Virus record (IMG/VR): IMGVR_UViG_3300030102_006934
Location: 62,001-126,000 of that record
Strand: one strand, 5' to 3'
Length of the DNA stretch: 64,000 bases
Each line of letters starts with the position of its first letter. Positions within the stretch are counted from its first letter, which is position 1. The translations under genes were made by a program, and so were the position numbers. Under the pieces are notes generated by a model. The model did not search any database. It saw only the letters and a program-made list of their open reading frames with translations, and was not told the origin of the DNA. Below, in pieces: positions 29,510-38,251 of the stretch.

Positions 29510-30003
29510 GTAAAAAGAAATTCATAGAAAGAAGACCAAATTATTTTTCAGGGTTTGAAGATAGTGAGTATGAGGTAGACAACTTCAATCAAGTTTTAGA
29601 AATACCCTTCGTAAAAAAGTTTTCAGAAGCCCCAAAATTTCATTCTTATGCGGTCTCTGTCAATATTAATGATGACTTACCTAGAGATGATGAGAATTAC
29701 TATAAGATGGAATTAATGGCTATGTATGATTGGGACGATGAATATAATGGTTGTAAACAATGGTGGGTAATAGGCCATCTTCCAGGATTTATTATGTATG
29801 AAACCAAATTAAAAGGATGGGAAGATATTAAAGCATCACACAAACCCAACTGTTGGAGTAGAAAATACAGCGGATGTAAAGACCTATTAGGTGTGGATAG
29901 AGATAAAGAAACCAAAATGAAAGTATTAAAGGAACTTGGTTGGGAACGAGATGATATGGTAGGTATTGTCGGTCATTGTGATTGTGGATGGAAAAATAAT
30001 TAA
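29506..30003 (+). CDS. cassette ORF, hypothetical with Cys/His motifs
   Basis: H..NC and CDCG; repeat to repeat. Confidence 0.65.
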   Translation: MSKKKFIERRPNYFSGFEDSEYEVDNFNQVLEIPFVKKFSEAPKFHSYAVSVNINDDLPRDDENYYKMELMAMYDWDDEYNGCKQWWVIGHLPGFIMYETKLKGWEDIKASHKPNCWSRKYSGCKDLLGVDRDKETKMKVLKELGWERDDMVGIVGHCDCGWKNN

Positions 30004-30015
30004 ACCAAAACAAAG

Positions 30016-30168
30016 ATGAGAGAAGTAAATTACAAATGGGTTCCTAAAAAGGGATGGGTGGTTGAATCTGAAGATGAAACACTAAAAATGGTGGTGGAAG
30101 AAACACTAAAAGAAGTTGATAGAACAATAAATTTTCAAGAATACTTAAACCAAAACAAAAATGAGTAA
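30016..30168 (+). CDS. cassette ORF, 50 aa (ends LNQNKNE)
   Basis: Read manually; repeat to repeat. Confidence 0.55.
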   Translation: MREVNYKWVPKKGWVVESEDETLKMVVEETLKEVDRTINFQEYLNQNKNE

Positions 30169-30331
30169 AGAAGAAAAAAGATTTGAGTTATGGGTTAATA
30201 AATTCAGAAATGAATTAGCAGAAGGTCAAATAGAAGTTTTACAAGATAGTTTATCTAATTTTGAATGGCCTGATGAATATAAAGAAATACTTCAGGATAG
30301 GATAAAGGAACTTAAACCAAAACAAAGATGA
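30161..30331 (+). CDS. cassette ORF, 56 aa (ends KPKQR)
   Basis: Read manually; repeat to repeat. Confidence 0.55.
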   Translation: MSKEEKRFELWVNKFRNELAEGQIEVLQDSLSNFEWPDEYKEILQDRIKELKPKQR

Positions 30332-30687
30332 GTAAGAAAAAGAAAGAAAATAAAAAGATTAGGGATAAGAATACTACGACTCTAAAAGAAATGGAAGAAA
30401 ATGGTATTGTCCCAGAGAACTTTCATTTATACGATAGTGTTGACATGAAAGAATATAATAACCAATTTGACGGTTATAAGGAATGGGAAGAAAAACAAAA
30501 CCGAAAAACAAAGATAAGTAAAAAAGAATTAGATAAAGCATACGATAAGATAGTAGAAGACCTAAGAGGTAATCTAACATCAGAAGAATATAAAGAACTA
30601 ATCACCCTTGAGCTTGCCCTAAGTCAAGGGTATGATGTTAATGGCGATGAAGAAAGATATAAAGAATTAAGTAATAAACGAAATTAA
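30328..30687 (+). CDS. cassette ORF, hypothetical
   Basis: Repeat to partial repeat. Confidence 0.65.
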   Translation: MSKKKKENKKIRDKNTTTLKEMEENGIVPENFHLYDSVDMKEYNNQFDGYKEWEEKQNRKTKISKKELDKAYDKIVEDLRGNLTSEEYKELITLELALSQGYDVNGDEERYKELSNKRN

Positions 30688-30754
30688 ACCAAAATAAATT
30701 TGGCCAACCAAAATAAAAGCTGTATGTTTATATTAACTATTTAAAACAGTAAAG

Positions 30755-30931
30755 ATGAATAAAGAAGAACATAAAAAAATTTTAGTTGAGACTATCATTG
30801 ATTTTATTGAAAAAGGCACTCAAAACTTAACAGAGACTTTTGGTATGGTTGAAGATGAGTATGAAAAAGAAGATATTTTAAATGTCTTAAATGAAGTAAA
30901 TCAATCTTTTAAAAATTCAACCAGAACATAA
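30755..30931 (+). CDS. small hypothetical protein (58 aa)
   Basis: Read manually, follows the duplicated promoter block. Confidence 0.5.
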   Translation: MNKEEHKKILVETIIDFIEKGTQNLTETFGMVEDEYEKEDILNVLNEVNQSFKNSTRT

Positions 30932-30932
30932 A

Positions 30933-31145
30933 ATGGCTGAAAGCAATTCAAAATCAGGTGGAATCGGACTAGGAGGAGGAATATTCCTAGTATTTTTATT
31001 TTTAAAATTAGCTGGAATAGGCCAAGTAGCAAACTGGTCTTGGTGGTGGGTAACAAGTCCACTATGGATAACTCTTCTTCTTGCATTAACAGTGCTTGCT
31101 GTAGCAGGAATTATAGCAATAATCGTATTATACAGGGACAGATAG
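30933..31145 (+). CDS. small membrane protein, paralog of 18190..18402
   Basis: LKL..IG.VANWSWWWVTSPLWI. Confidence 0.65.
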   Translation: MAESNSKSGGIGLGGGIFLVFLFLKLAGIGQVANWSWWWVTSPLWITLLLALTVLAVAGIIAIIVLYRDR

Positions 31146-31202
31146 AATAAATAACTTATAGAGATATAGGGGGTTTTTTATGCCAAGATAATATTTATTA
31201 GT

Positions 31203-31472
31203 GTGGAAAATCTTATTAGAAAAATCATAAGGGAAGAAATGGATGGCTTTGATTGGGCTAGAGATATAGCCAAACCATTTATTATTACTACAACTGATAC
31301 AAACAATAGATATTGGGTGTCTAAAGGAAGACCAATAAAGGTTGGAGATTTTGTTGTTTATAAAACCGCTTCAGGTATATGGAGAGAATATGGTATAATG
31401 AATCCAGAGAAAGTAGATGATGCTAATAATTATGAGGGTTATTATAGTGTTATAGATAAAATATTAGATTAA
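31203..31472 (+). CDS. leader + FDW single-module protein
   Basis: MENLIRKIIREEMDGFDWARD. Confidence 0.7.
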   Translation: MENLIRKIIREEMDGFDWARDIAKPFIITTTDTNNRYWVSKGRPIKVGDFVVYKTASGIWREYGIMNPEKVDDANNYEGYYSVIDKILD

Positions 31473-31530
31473 TAACCACTTCGTTAACCAATATTACCCC
31501 ATAGAGATATAAGGACCATATTTATAATAT

Positions 31531-31923
31531 ATGAATATCAGAAAAATCATAAGAGAAGAAATAGTTTTATTAAAAGAAGATTTAGAAACTTATAGTCTAA
31601 TGGGATATAAGAAATTACCCAATGAAGAAAAAAAGATAATAGACCAAATAGTAGATAAACTAATAAGTAAAACTAAATTATATAAAAGAAAGGGAGAGAT
31701 TAAATTCCCTTTTTATAGTGAACCTATGAGATGGGATTTGAACTATTGGAAGAGATATGGCTTTGGTCAGTCATTCTTTAATTTTATAGACAGTTATCTG
31801 GAAGATAATAATATAGAATTTAAAAGTCCTATATTAAATAACATGGTGAATTTAAACTTTATGGGCCCAAGACAATTAACACCCCATGAGATGGTAAAGT
31901 ATATATATCTAAACAAAATATAA
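31531..31923 (+). CDS. leader-bearing hypothetical protein
   Basis: MNIRKIIREE...LLKED. Confidence 0.7.
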   Translation: MNIRKIIREEIVLLKEDLETYSLMGYKKLPNEEKKIIDQIVDKLISKTKLYKRKGEIKFPFYSEPMRWDLNYWKRYGFGQSFFNFIDSYLEDNNIEFKSPILNNMVNLNFMGPRQLTPHEMVKYIYLNKI

Positions 31924-32310
31924 TATTTAAATCCCTTATAGAAATATAAGGTTTTTTTATGCCTTCTATAAGAAGAATAGAACGTCTCTCCGGACATATA
32001 AACCCATAGGGTATACAAGTATATATAAATTAATTTAAATGTCCTTATAACCCCCGAAAAACGCCTACCTTAATTTAACGTTTATGTGGATGTTGTGTCT
32101 GGGGGTAGTAAAGAAAAGCATTGCCTAAGTGTATTATTGTGGGAAAGAGTGGTAAAAGGTGGTCATTTTACGCTAACATTTTATTTAGGAGTCAGAGCTC
32201 TCCGTTTAGTCCTCTCAAAAAATCCTTAAAATTTGTTAAAAAATACCACTTTCAGAATTCACAGAGTTAATTTACCACTGTTAGAAAGCCGTACCATAAT
32301 TATACCACTG

Positions 32311-32769
32311 TTAGATGGGCCTCAAAGTATTTTTCAACCACTTCGAAGGCATCTTTTTAGGTGGGGGTTTTTTATAACCATACCTATCAAAATAATAGCC
32401 TTTAGGTGGACTCCTTCTGAGTGGGGGTTTTCTATAATCACCACTAGATTTAAAATTAGATGCCACCAGTTTAGGCCTAACCTCATCAAATTTAAATTCT
32501 TTAATTTTCATCTTAGGTTTAATATCACCAACAAGAACTATCTCCAATACTTTTGTGAACACCTCTACTGAGGGGTACTTATGATTTAAGGTATCATGAT
32601 ATCTAGATATAGTATATAAGTCTGCCTCTCTAAATTTTTCATTAAGAAAATGAAGTTTACGCCATGAGGGTCTATCGAATTTAATCTGAAGAGATTGATT
32701 ACTAGAACTAGACTCACCATAACATGTTACATGCCTAGCTATCTCAAGAAGTTTATGTCCTCTATACAT
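32311..32769 (-). CDS. hypothetical basic protein
   Basis: ORF in a minus-strand run. Confidence 0.5.
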   Translation of the reverse strand: MYRGHKLLEIARHVTCYGESSSSNQSLQIKFDRPSWRKLHFLNEKFREADLYTISRYHDTLNHKYPSVEVFTKVLEIVLVGDIKPKMKIKEFKFDEVRPKLVASNFKSSGDYRKPPLRRSPPKGYYFDRYGYKKPPPKKMPSKWLKNTLRPI

Positions 32770-32771
32770 AA

Positions 32772-33011
32772 TTAAACAAATTTAAAACTACCCTTATTAT
32801 ACTTTTTAACTAGACTAACAGTTGGTTCTTCACAAACCTCATCAATCATGTCCTTACAAATATCATCCAAAATCTGTTCATAATATTCATAATCATAATC
32901 ATCATTAGACCAAAACCTTTTGATTGCTCCGTATGATGAATTCAGTGCATTCGCTAATACATTACTTTGTAACGCCAACCTTAATCTTCTTTCTTCTGCC
33001 GTTTCCCCCAT
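32772..33011 (-). CDS. hypothetical protein
   Basis: ORF after TATATTTG. Confidence 0.55.
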   Translation of the reverse strand: MGETAEERRLRLALQSNVLANALNSSYGAIKRFWSNDDYDYEYYEQILDDICKDMIDEVCEEPTVSLVKKYNKGSFKFV

Positions 33012-33120
33012 ATAACAAATATAAGAATAATACTTTAGATAAACAAATTATTGAGCATAAAAAAACCTCCCTAAGATTAATCCTAGAGAGGTCTTATTTA
33101 AAACAGTCGTAAGTTAATAC

Positions 33121-33303
33121 TTACGCTTTTTCACCCAACCATTTCACTACTGAGTTCAATCCATAAATCTCTTGGATTTTTTGGACAAATCTTTTAGGGT
33201 TTTTTCTAATGTACGTCAAACTCTGAGTTGGTACGTTGGTTGATGCTGGTCCGAACAAAGACTTAAGCTCTTGTTCTCTTGTTGATTTTACACTTTGTGC
33301 CAT
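33121..33303 (-). CDS. small hypothetical protein
   Basis: ORF followed by hairpin at 33062-33095. Confidence 0.55.
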   Translation of the reverse strand: MAQSVKSTREQELKSLFGPASTNVPTQSLTYIRKNPKRFVQKIQEIYGLNSVVKWLGEKA

Positions 33304-33380
33304 TTTACTAAATTTTTAAAACTTTATTATTTCATTAACATTATAAGTATAGGTATTATATTCTTAGCAGACAAGCCTTT

Positions 33381-33665
33381 TTAAAAAGTTTTTGGCGGTT
33401 TTGTTTTAAAGTGTGGGCTGGGATTTAATTGGTCGTGTAGTTTATACTTCTCACAGATGGTTCCCCAATACTCGGTCCCTTCTTTTGTAATAGCCCAATC
33501 AAAAGAAGATTCAATAAAGTCACAGAAGTTATGATACTTAATAGCAAACAAAATACTAGCAGGAATGTGCAATCCCAGCTGCTGGGAATGTTTAATAACA
33601 TTACGCATCCATCGCCGTTGTTCTAGTTCAGACATTGCTTTATAACATTCTTCTCCACTTATCAT
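33381..33665 (-). CDS. hypothetical protein
   Basis: SFDW..T.EG..YW motif. Confidence 0.6.
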   Translation of the reverse strand: MISGEECYKAMSELEQRRWMRNVIKHSQQLGLHIPASILFAIKYHNFCDFIESSFDWAITKEGTEYWGTICEKYKLHDQLNPSPHFKTKPPKTF

Positions 33666-33868
33666 AGCCTTAAATATAATAAAGAAAAATGAAAAATAAC
33701 TTGTTTATATGAAAAAAATTTTTTATCTTTATAGGGTCATTAGCTAAGACGCACAGGTATAGACTCCAGCATACCACCTGCCTTATAAAAAAAATAAAGC
33801 AACAGACTAGAGCATCAACACTAAGATACTAATAATATTTTATATGGCAATAGGATATTTATAAAAAG

Positions 33869-34249
33869 ATGCGTAAATTAATAAAAAAGATATTAAAAGA
33901 GAATGAATGGGACTGGGTTAAAAAAACGAAAATCTCAATTCCCTTTGACTATGTTGAAATAGGCACTGCGTATACAATAGATTTTATGGATCCCATGAGA
34001 TTTATTAAGGAGACAGAAAAATGTGGTGTTGCTAATGCAGAAGATATAGCATATAAGACTTATTATGCAATACCTAGGGAAAGAGCTTATCTTGAATCTG
34101 GAGCCCTGTACTGTGGAGATGGTAATACAGAACATTTTAAAGGCAGTAAAACTTCTTTGTCACTAAGCTTTTATGACAATCAAAATAAATTAATACATTC
34201 ATACTACTGGATAGCCGAAGAAGAAGGGGTAGAACTAAGACCTTATTAA
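33869..34249 (+). CDS. leader + WDW single-module protein
   Basis: MRKLIKKILKENEWDWVKK; module resembles third module of 46340. Confidence 0.7.
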   Translation: MRKLIKKILKENEWDWVKKTKISIPFDYVEIGTAYTIDFMDPMRFIKETEKCGVANAEDIAYKTYYAIPRERAYLESGALYCGDGNTEHFKGSKTSLSLSFYDNQNKLIHSYYWIAEEEGVELRPY

Positions 34250-34385
34250 AAAAAAAGCAGGAGCAATGCTTCGGTCCTTCCATCCAATCTATAATACAAA
34301 GATACGAATAATTTTTGACATGGCCAAATAATTCTTAAACTTTTTACCTGTTGTCTCTGTAAAATAAATTTACTATAGTTATTGT

Positions 34386-34808
34386 ATGAATGAATTAGAA
34401 TTAATGTTAGTCTGCAGTATAATAGTAGGTGCCTTTTACTTGGGAGTATACTTAAGCCATAAACGGTCTATAAAGAGAATTAAAGAAAAGTTATCCCAAC
34501 CAACAATTGATTTGGACGAGGGACTTACAGGAGACACAATTCCTGTAATCTCCGTTGTTGTAAATGCAAGACCATTCCAAATACCCATAGAGAAAAAGGA
34601 AGACTTTATTCCCAAGAAAAGAATGAGAGCACATAAACTAGAGAAAATGGGCCCATTAACTAAGTCTGGTAGACCTGATATGAGGTATAGTGTTAACAGA
34701 GGTGATAGAGGCAACATAGCAGATGGTTTCATGGAAGATGAAGAATATGTCGGTGCTCCTTTCTGTAATGATTGTTATGACACCACTGATTATGAATTCC
34801 CATTTTAA
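34386..34808 (+). CDS. TM-anchored hypothetical protein
   Basis: N-terminal TM; LTKSGRPDMRY motif; CxxC. Confidence 0.55.
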   Translation: MNELELMLVCSIIVGAFYLGVYLSHKRSIKRIKEKLSQPTIDLDEGLTGDTIPVISVVVNARPFQIPIEKKEDFIPKKRMRAHKLEKMGPLTKSGRPDMRYSVNRGDRGNIADGFMEDEEYVGAPFCNDCYDTTDYEFPF

Positions 34809-34875
34809 GCATTTTATTTGGCCATCTATAATAAAATCCGTATATTTGTATTAACTATTTAAAACAGTATTATAC

Positions 34876-35406
34876 ATGGCAGGATTTAAAGATATCGATG
34901 AGGTTGAAGCATACGCGAAGGAACTATTACATAGAGAATATAGAATAGAGGCTAATGGAAAGGTTCACTGGTTAACACCTAGTAAAATAGGCTATCGTTT
35001 TAAGTTTGATAATGCTAAGAGACGTTTTGGCCAATGTTCTTATAGAGATAAAAGAATAAGTCTATCAAAGCCACTGTGTGAGTATAACCTAAATAACTTT
35101 TTTCAGATTAATGATACCATACTACATGAGATAGCACACGCACTGTCTTATAAGATACATGGTAGAAGGGGGATGGGCCATTGTAAGAGATGGGTTCATG
35201 TGGCCAAATCTATTGGATGTAATGGTATTAGATGCTATGATAGTACTCAGGTTAATAATATAGAACATAAGTATACTTTGGTCTGTGATACATGTGGTGG
35301 TGAGAATCCAAGACATAGAAGACCTAGACAAGATTATTCATGTGCTAAGTGTGAACCTAAGAAGTTTGATGAGAGATACCTATTAAGAGTAGTACAAAAT
35401 TTTTAA
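34876..35406 (+). CDS. SprT-like zinc metalloprotease
   Basis: AKRRFGQC, ISLS, TILHEIAH, GH..RW..IG, two CxxC. Confidence 0.88.
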   Translation: MAGFKDIDEVEAYAKELLHREYRIEANGKVHWLTPSKIGYRFKFDNAKRRFGQCSYRDKRISLSKPLCEYNLNNFFQINDTILHEIAHALSYKIHGRRGMGHCKRWVHVAKSIGCNGIRCYDSTQVNNIEHKYTLVCDTCGGENPRHRRPRQDYSCAKCEPKKFDERYLLRVVQNF

Positions 35407-35407
35407 G

Positions 35408-35665
35408 ATGGGTTTTATAGAGGTTTCAGTAATAACATTTGTGGCAATACTAATCTTTTTTATCATTTCTATTGTAATATCACAAAGGAAATTTACAAGA
35501 GAACTAAAGGCACAGATGGAAGAGATAGATAGAAGGCAGATGGAGAGGATGAGAGTATATAGGGAGAATTTAATTATTGGTAGGGGTTATACTAGAACCG
35601 CCAATCTTGATGACGAAAGAAGCCTTAAACCAGCCAAACATATAAAACGCCATAGTATAAGATGA
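35408..35665 (+). CDS. TM-anchored hypothetical protein
   Basis: N-terminal TM. Confidence 0.55.
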   Translation: MGFIEVSVITFVAILIFFIISIVISQRKFTRELKAQMEEIDRRQMERMRVYRENLIIGRGYTRTANLDDERSLKPAKHIKRHSIR

Positions 35666-35726
35666 GTGATACAGTAATAGAGATAATGATAGTGGTGGGG
35701 GTGGTACTAATACCTGTATTGTTCTC

Positions 35727-36003
35727 TGGGGGCCTAGACGATTAAGGGCTGGGGAGTTGGTTAGTACTAGCTGGAGAGCCTACAGAACTTAGACTGGGGA
35801 CCCACAGAAGAAGGGGTGTAGAGCCCCCTATTTAGCCTAGGCGGGGAGCCAAGGGGGTAGGCTGGGGAGAGCCCCCTGGGGTAGGCGTATCCCCCCTCCC
35901 TGATCTACGGGTAGGCCGTACCAGGGGGTCGGTTCCGTTTATATTGTAAAACCCTAAAAGGTCCAGAAAATATGATCAAAAATTTTTTCTGAAAAAAAGG
36001 TCT
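35727..36003. other. GC-rich mostly non-coding island; candidate replication origin or packaging/terminus site
   Basis: Many G4-5 and C5-6 tracts, GGGTAGGC x3, AGAGCC x3, then AAAAATTTTTT tract. Confidence 0.45.
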
Positions 36004-36011
36004 TAGTATAT

Positions 36012-36248
36012 ATGAAAGAAGATATAAATAAAGAATTAATTAAGTGGTATCAAAGTAGATACCTAAACCCAAATTGTTATAGTCTTAAGGATGACCCCAA
36101 GATAATGAGAACATCTGGTATCTATTTTATTTTAGAAAGGACTAGAAATCGTAAACCAATGGAACCTAAAAGAGTAATGAATAAAGTCCGTATATGGGAT
36201 GGAACTCCGACTCAAAAGTTTTTCGGTAAGAAAAAAGTAGAAAGTTAA
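36012..36248 (+). CDS. hypothetical protein
   Basis: ORF. Confidence 0.45.
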   Translation: MKEDINKELIKWYQSRYLNPNCYSLKDDPKIMRTSGIYFILERTRNRKPMEPKRVMNKVRIWDGTPTQKFFGKKKVES

Positions 36249-36288
36249 AAAATTTTTGGGCAGTATTTTTTTCCGAAAAAAGGTCTGA

Positions 36289-37197
36289 CTAACTTAGTAA
36301 GTCTGTACGACCATCTATATAAGTTATATGTCCGTAATTACCACTCATTAGAATATCCTTGTACTCACCCCAATCTTTTGTTGTTCTATATAGGGTTGCG
36401 TTTCTTACAATATAACCCTTATTAGTAAAAGTACTACAGTAATGTTTCCATACTTCACCATGACCCTCTTTCCAATCAATACCCATGTCTATTAATGTTT
36501 GTTGTACCTCACACGCTTCATCATCATCCAACTGACTTATATCAATATAATATTCACCATTGTAAAAATCATAGTTAGGTATTTCATCAACCCAACCGAA
36601 GTCATTTTTAGACTCGTTGATATCGGTTAGTTTTGGTTGTAAAACATATACACCTCTGTTAAATTTTCCAGCAACTGTAGAACTAAATTGTGGAGCACAA
36701 TCTTTAGCGTAGAAATCTTTTTTACTATGTTGGTGTGTGCAAACCTTAACTTCAGCTGAATTAATCCCAGGTTCTAACCAATATATTGTAGGTATTCCTT
36801 GAGAGGAAACCCATTTACTTTTTTCAAGGGGACTATACCAATAAAATGGTTTGTTGTATAAAATATCAATAGTTTCTTCATCTACCTTAGAATCAATATC
36901 CTTAATCCAATCAAAGTCATTAGATTCTTTAATTGATTTAGGGTTAACTTTTTCGGCTGAATGCCACCATCCTTGATGTTTCTCTGACCATCTATATCCT
37001 AGACTTGTCGCTAGATTAAATAGTAAGTCTTCATCTATATCGTCTACATCGTCTACAAAGTTCTTTATAATATAACGCATTTTATCATCGTCTCTAAAAG
37101 ATATATAAGGTGAAATTGTTAATTCATCAGCTTCTATATCCTTAATCCATTGAAGGTCATTATTAATTTCTTCTCTGATAACTTTTTTCAGACTCAT
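36289..37197 (-). CDS. leader + three-module FDW polyprotein
   Basis: MSLKKVIREEINNDLQWIKD; IKESNDFDWIKD; INESKNDFGWVDE. Confidence 0.75.
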   Translation of the reverse strand: MSLKKVIREEINNDLQWIKDIEADELTISPYISFRDDDKMRYIIKNFVDDVDDIDEDLLFNLATSLGYRWSEKHQGWWHSAEKVNPKSIKESNDFDWIKDIDSKVDEETIDILYNKPFYWYSPLEKSKWVSSQGIPTIYWLEPGINSAEVKVCTHQHSKKDFYAKDCAPQFSSTVAGKFNRGVYVLQPKLTDINESKNDFGWVDEIPNYDFYNGEYYIDISQLDDDEACEVQQTLIDMGIDWKEGHGEVWKHYCSTFTNKGYIVRNATLYRTTKDWGEYKDILMSGNYGHITYIDGRTDLLS

Positions 37198-37248
37198 ACT
37201 AATAAATATTCTCTTTATTAATTAAATTAAATTTACTATACTTTAACC

Positions 37249-37536
37249 ATGGATAATTTAGAACAAAGCAAAGATTGGTGTCATTATTCTGGTATGCCTT
37301 CGCCTAGTGCGTATGTTGAATCAGATAAAAGGTTAGAATTATATAATGTATGGAAGCATCGTGATGTAGAAGATGGTATTAGTTTTTATGGGTGGTTACG
37401 TGTAATACTATGCAATGCCTCTGTATGGTCAGAAGTTTCTGTTGAGGGCCAATTTCGTAGGTCTGATGCTCTAGATATAATGTTAGACCATGCCTCAGGT
37501 AAGATAAATTGTAATAGTCCTTATCCTTGGGAATAA
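37249..37536 (+). CDS. hypothetical protein
   Basis: WCHYSGMPSPSAY motif. Confidence 0.55.
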   Translation: MDNLEQSKDWCHYSGMPSPSAYVESDKRLELYNVWKHRDVEDGISFYGWLRVILCNASVWSEVSVEGQFRRSDALDIMLDHASGKINCNSPYPWE

Positions 37537-37623
37537 GTGTGGAAAAGAAAAAAATTGGCGGCTTAAGTCGAATCCCCCCTTACCCCCCTTTATTTTTTAA
37601 ATTATTATTATTATACTTTTTAT

Positions 37624-37926
37624 ATGAATTATTATAATGTAGGTGATATTTTTACACGTCACTCATTTAAGGATATGGTTGGGGGAGAAAAGGATTTGTT
37701 ATGTGTAATAGATAGTATTGAAACTACACCTAATTATTTTTTGGATACTAATGGACCCATGTATAATATTAGATTTAAAGTTTACAAATTTGTTGATGGT
37801 GTTAGTTGTTATATCGGCAATTCTAATTATAATGTTAGAAGTTTAGATTATAGGCAAGATGATTTATATATTAAAGGTGATTGGGCTTTTAAAAATAAAA
37901 AATTAAAAAAACTTTCTTTTGTATAA
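37624..37926 (+). CDS. hypothetical protein
   Basis: ORF. Confidence 0.55.
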   Translation: MNYYNVGDIFTRHSFKDMVGGEKDLLCVIDSIETTPNYFLDTNGPMYNIRFKVYKFVDGVSCYIGNSNYNVRSLDYRQDDLYIKGDWAFKNKKLKKLSFV

Positions 37927-38159
37927 TGGATGGTATGTATTATCTTGATGATAGCGACCACATGGTTAAAGTGGTAAGATATAGGTCTTTGCTGGGTATA
38001 AACAATTTATATCAGATTATATGGGAACCACACTTTTACAATGTGGTTGAGGATAAAACATTTTACTTTGGGTGGGAACTTGAAAACAAGATAAACCTTG
38101 GTTTACTTAGGCCTGTAAGTTTTATTAAACATAACATGACTAAACATTCTTTTTCTTAA
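37926..38159 (+). CDS. hypothetical protein
   Basis: ORF, TAATG overlap. Confidence 0.5.
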   Translation: MDGMYYLDDSDHMVKVVRYRSLLGINNLYQIIWEPHFYNVVEDKTFYFGWELENKINLGLLRPVSFIKHNMTKHSFS

Positions 38160-38251
38160 TATATGAACCGAGATTTGGCCTCGGCATAAGTTTGTAAATG
38201 TGGATAAGTAAAAAATTGGCGGCTAAACACAAACCCCCCTACCCCCCTTTT

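Larger units (their letters stand above)
27756..30700 (+). repeat. array of ~14 direct junction repeats TAAACCAAAACAAAGATGAG separating small ORFs
   Basis: Copies start at about 27756, 27911, 28082 (degenerate), 28261, 28375, 28629, 28802, 29111, 29252, 29491, 30001, 30146, 30313, 30685 (partial). Confidence 0.92.

Noticed and set aside
27756-30700. CRISPR array
   Set aside because: Intervening sequences are ~100-500 bp, highly variable in length and protein-coding; the repeat is non-palindromic; no cas genes in the window.
27756-30700. Classical integron attC sites
   Set aside because: No GTTRRRY/RYYYAAC inverted cores or hairpin potential, and no intI here.
33722-33830. Possible structured RNA after a promoter-like motif
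   Set aside because: Only short alternative stems (GGTAT/ATACC, CAGGT/ACCTG), no covarying copy and no clear terminator.
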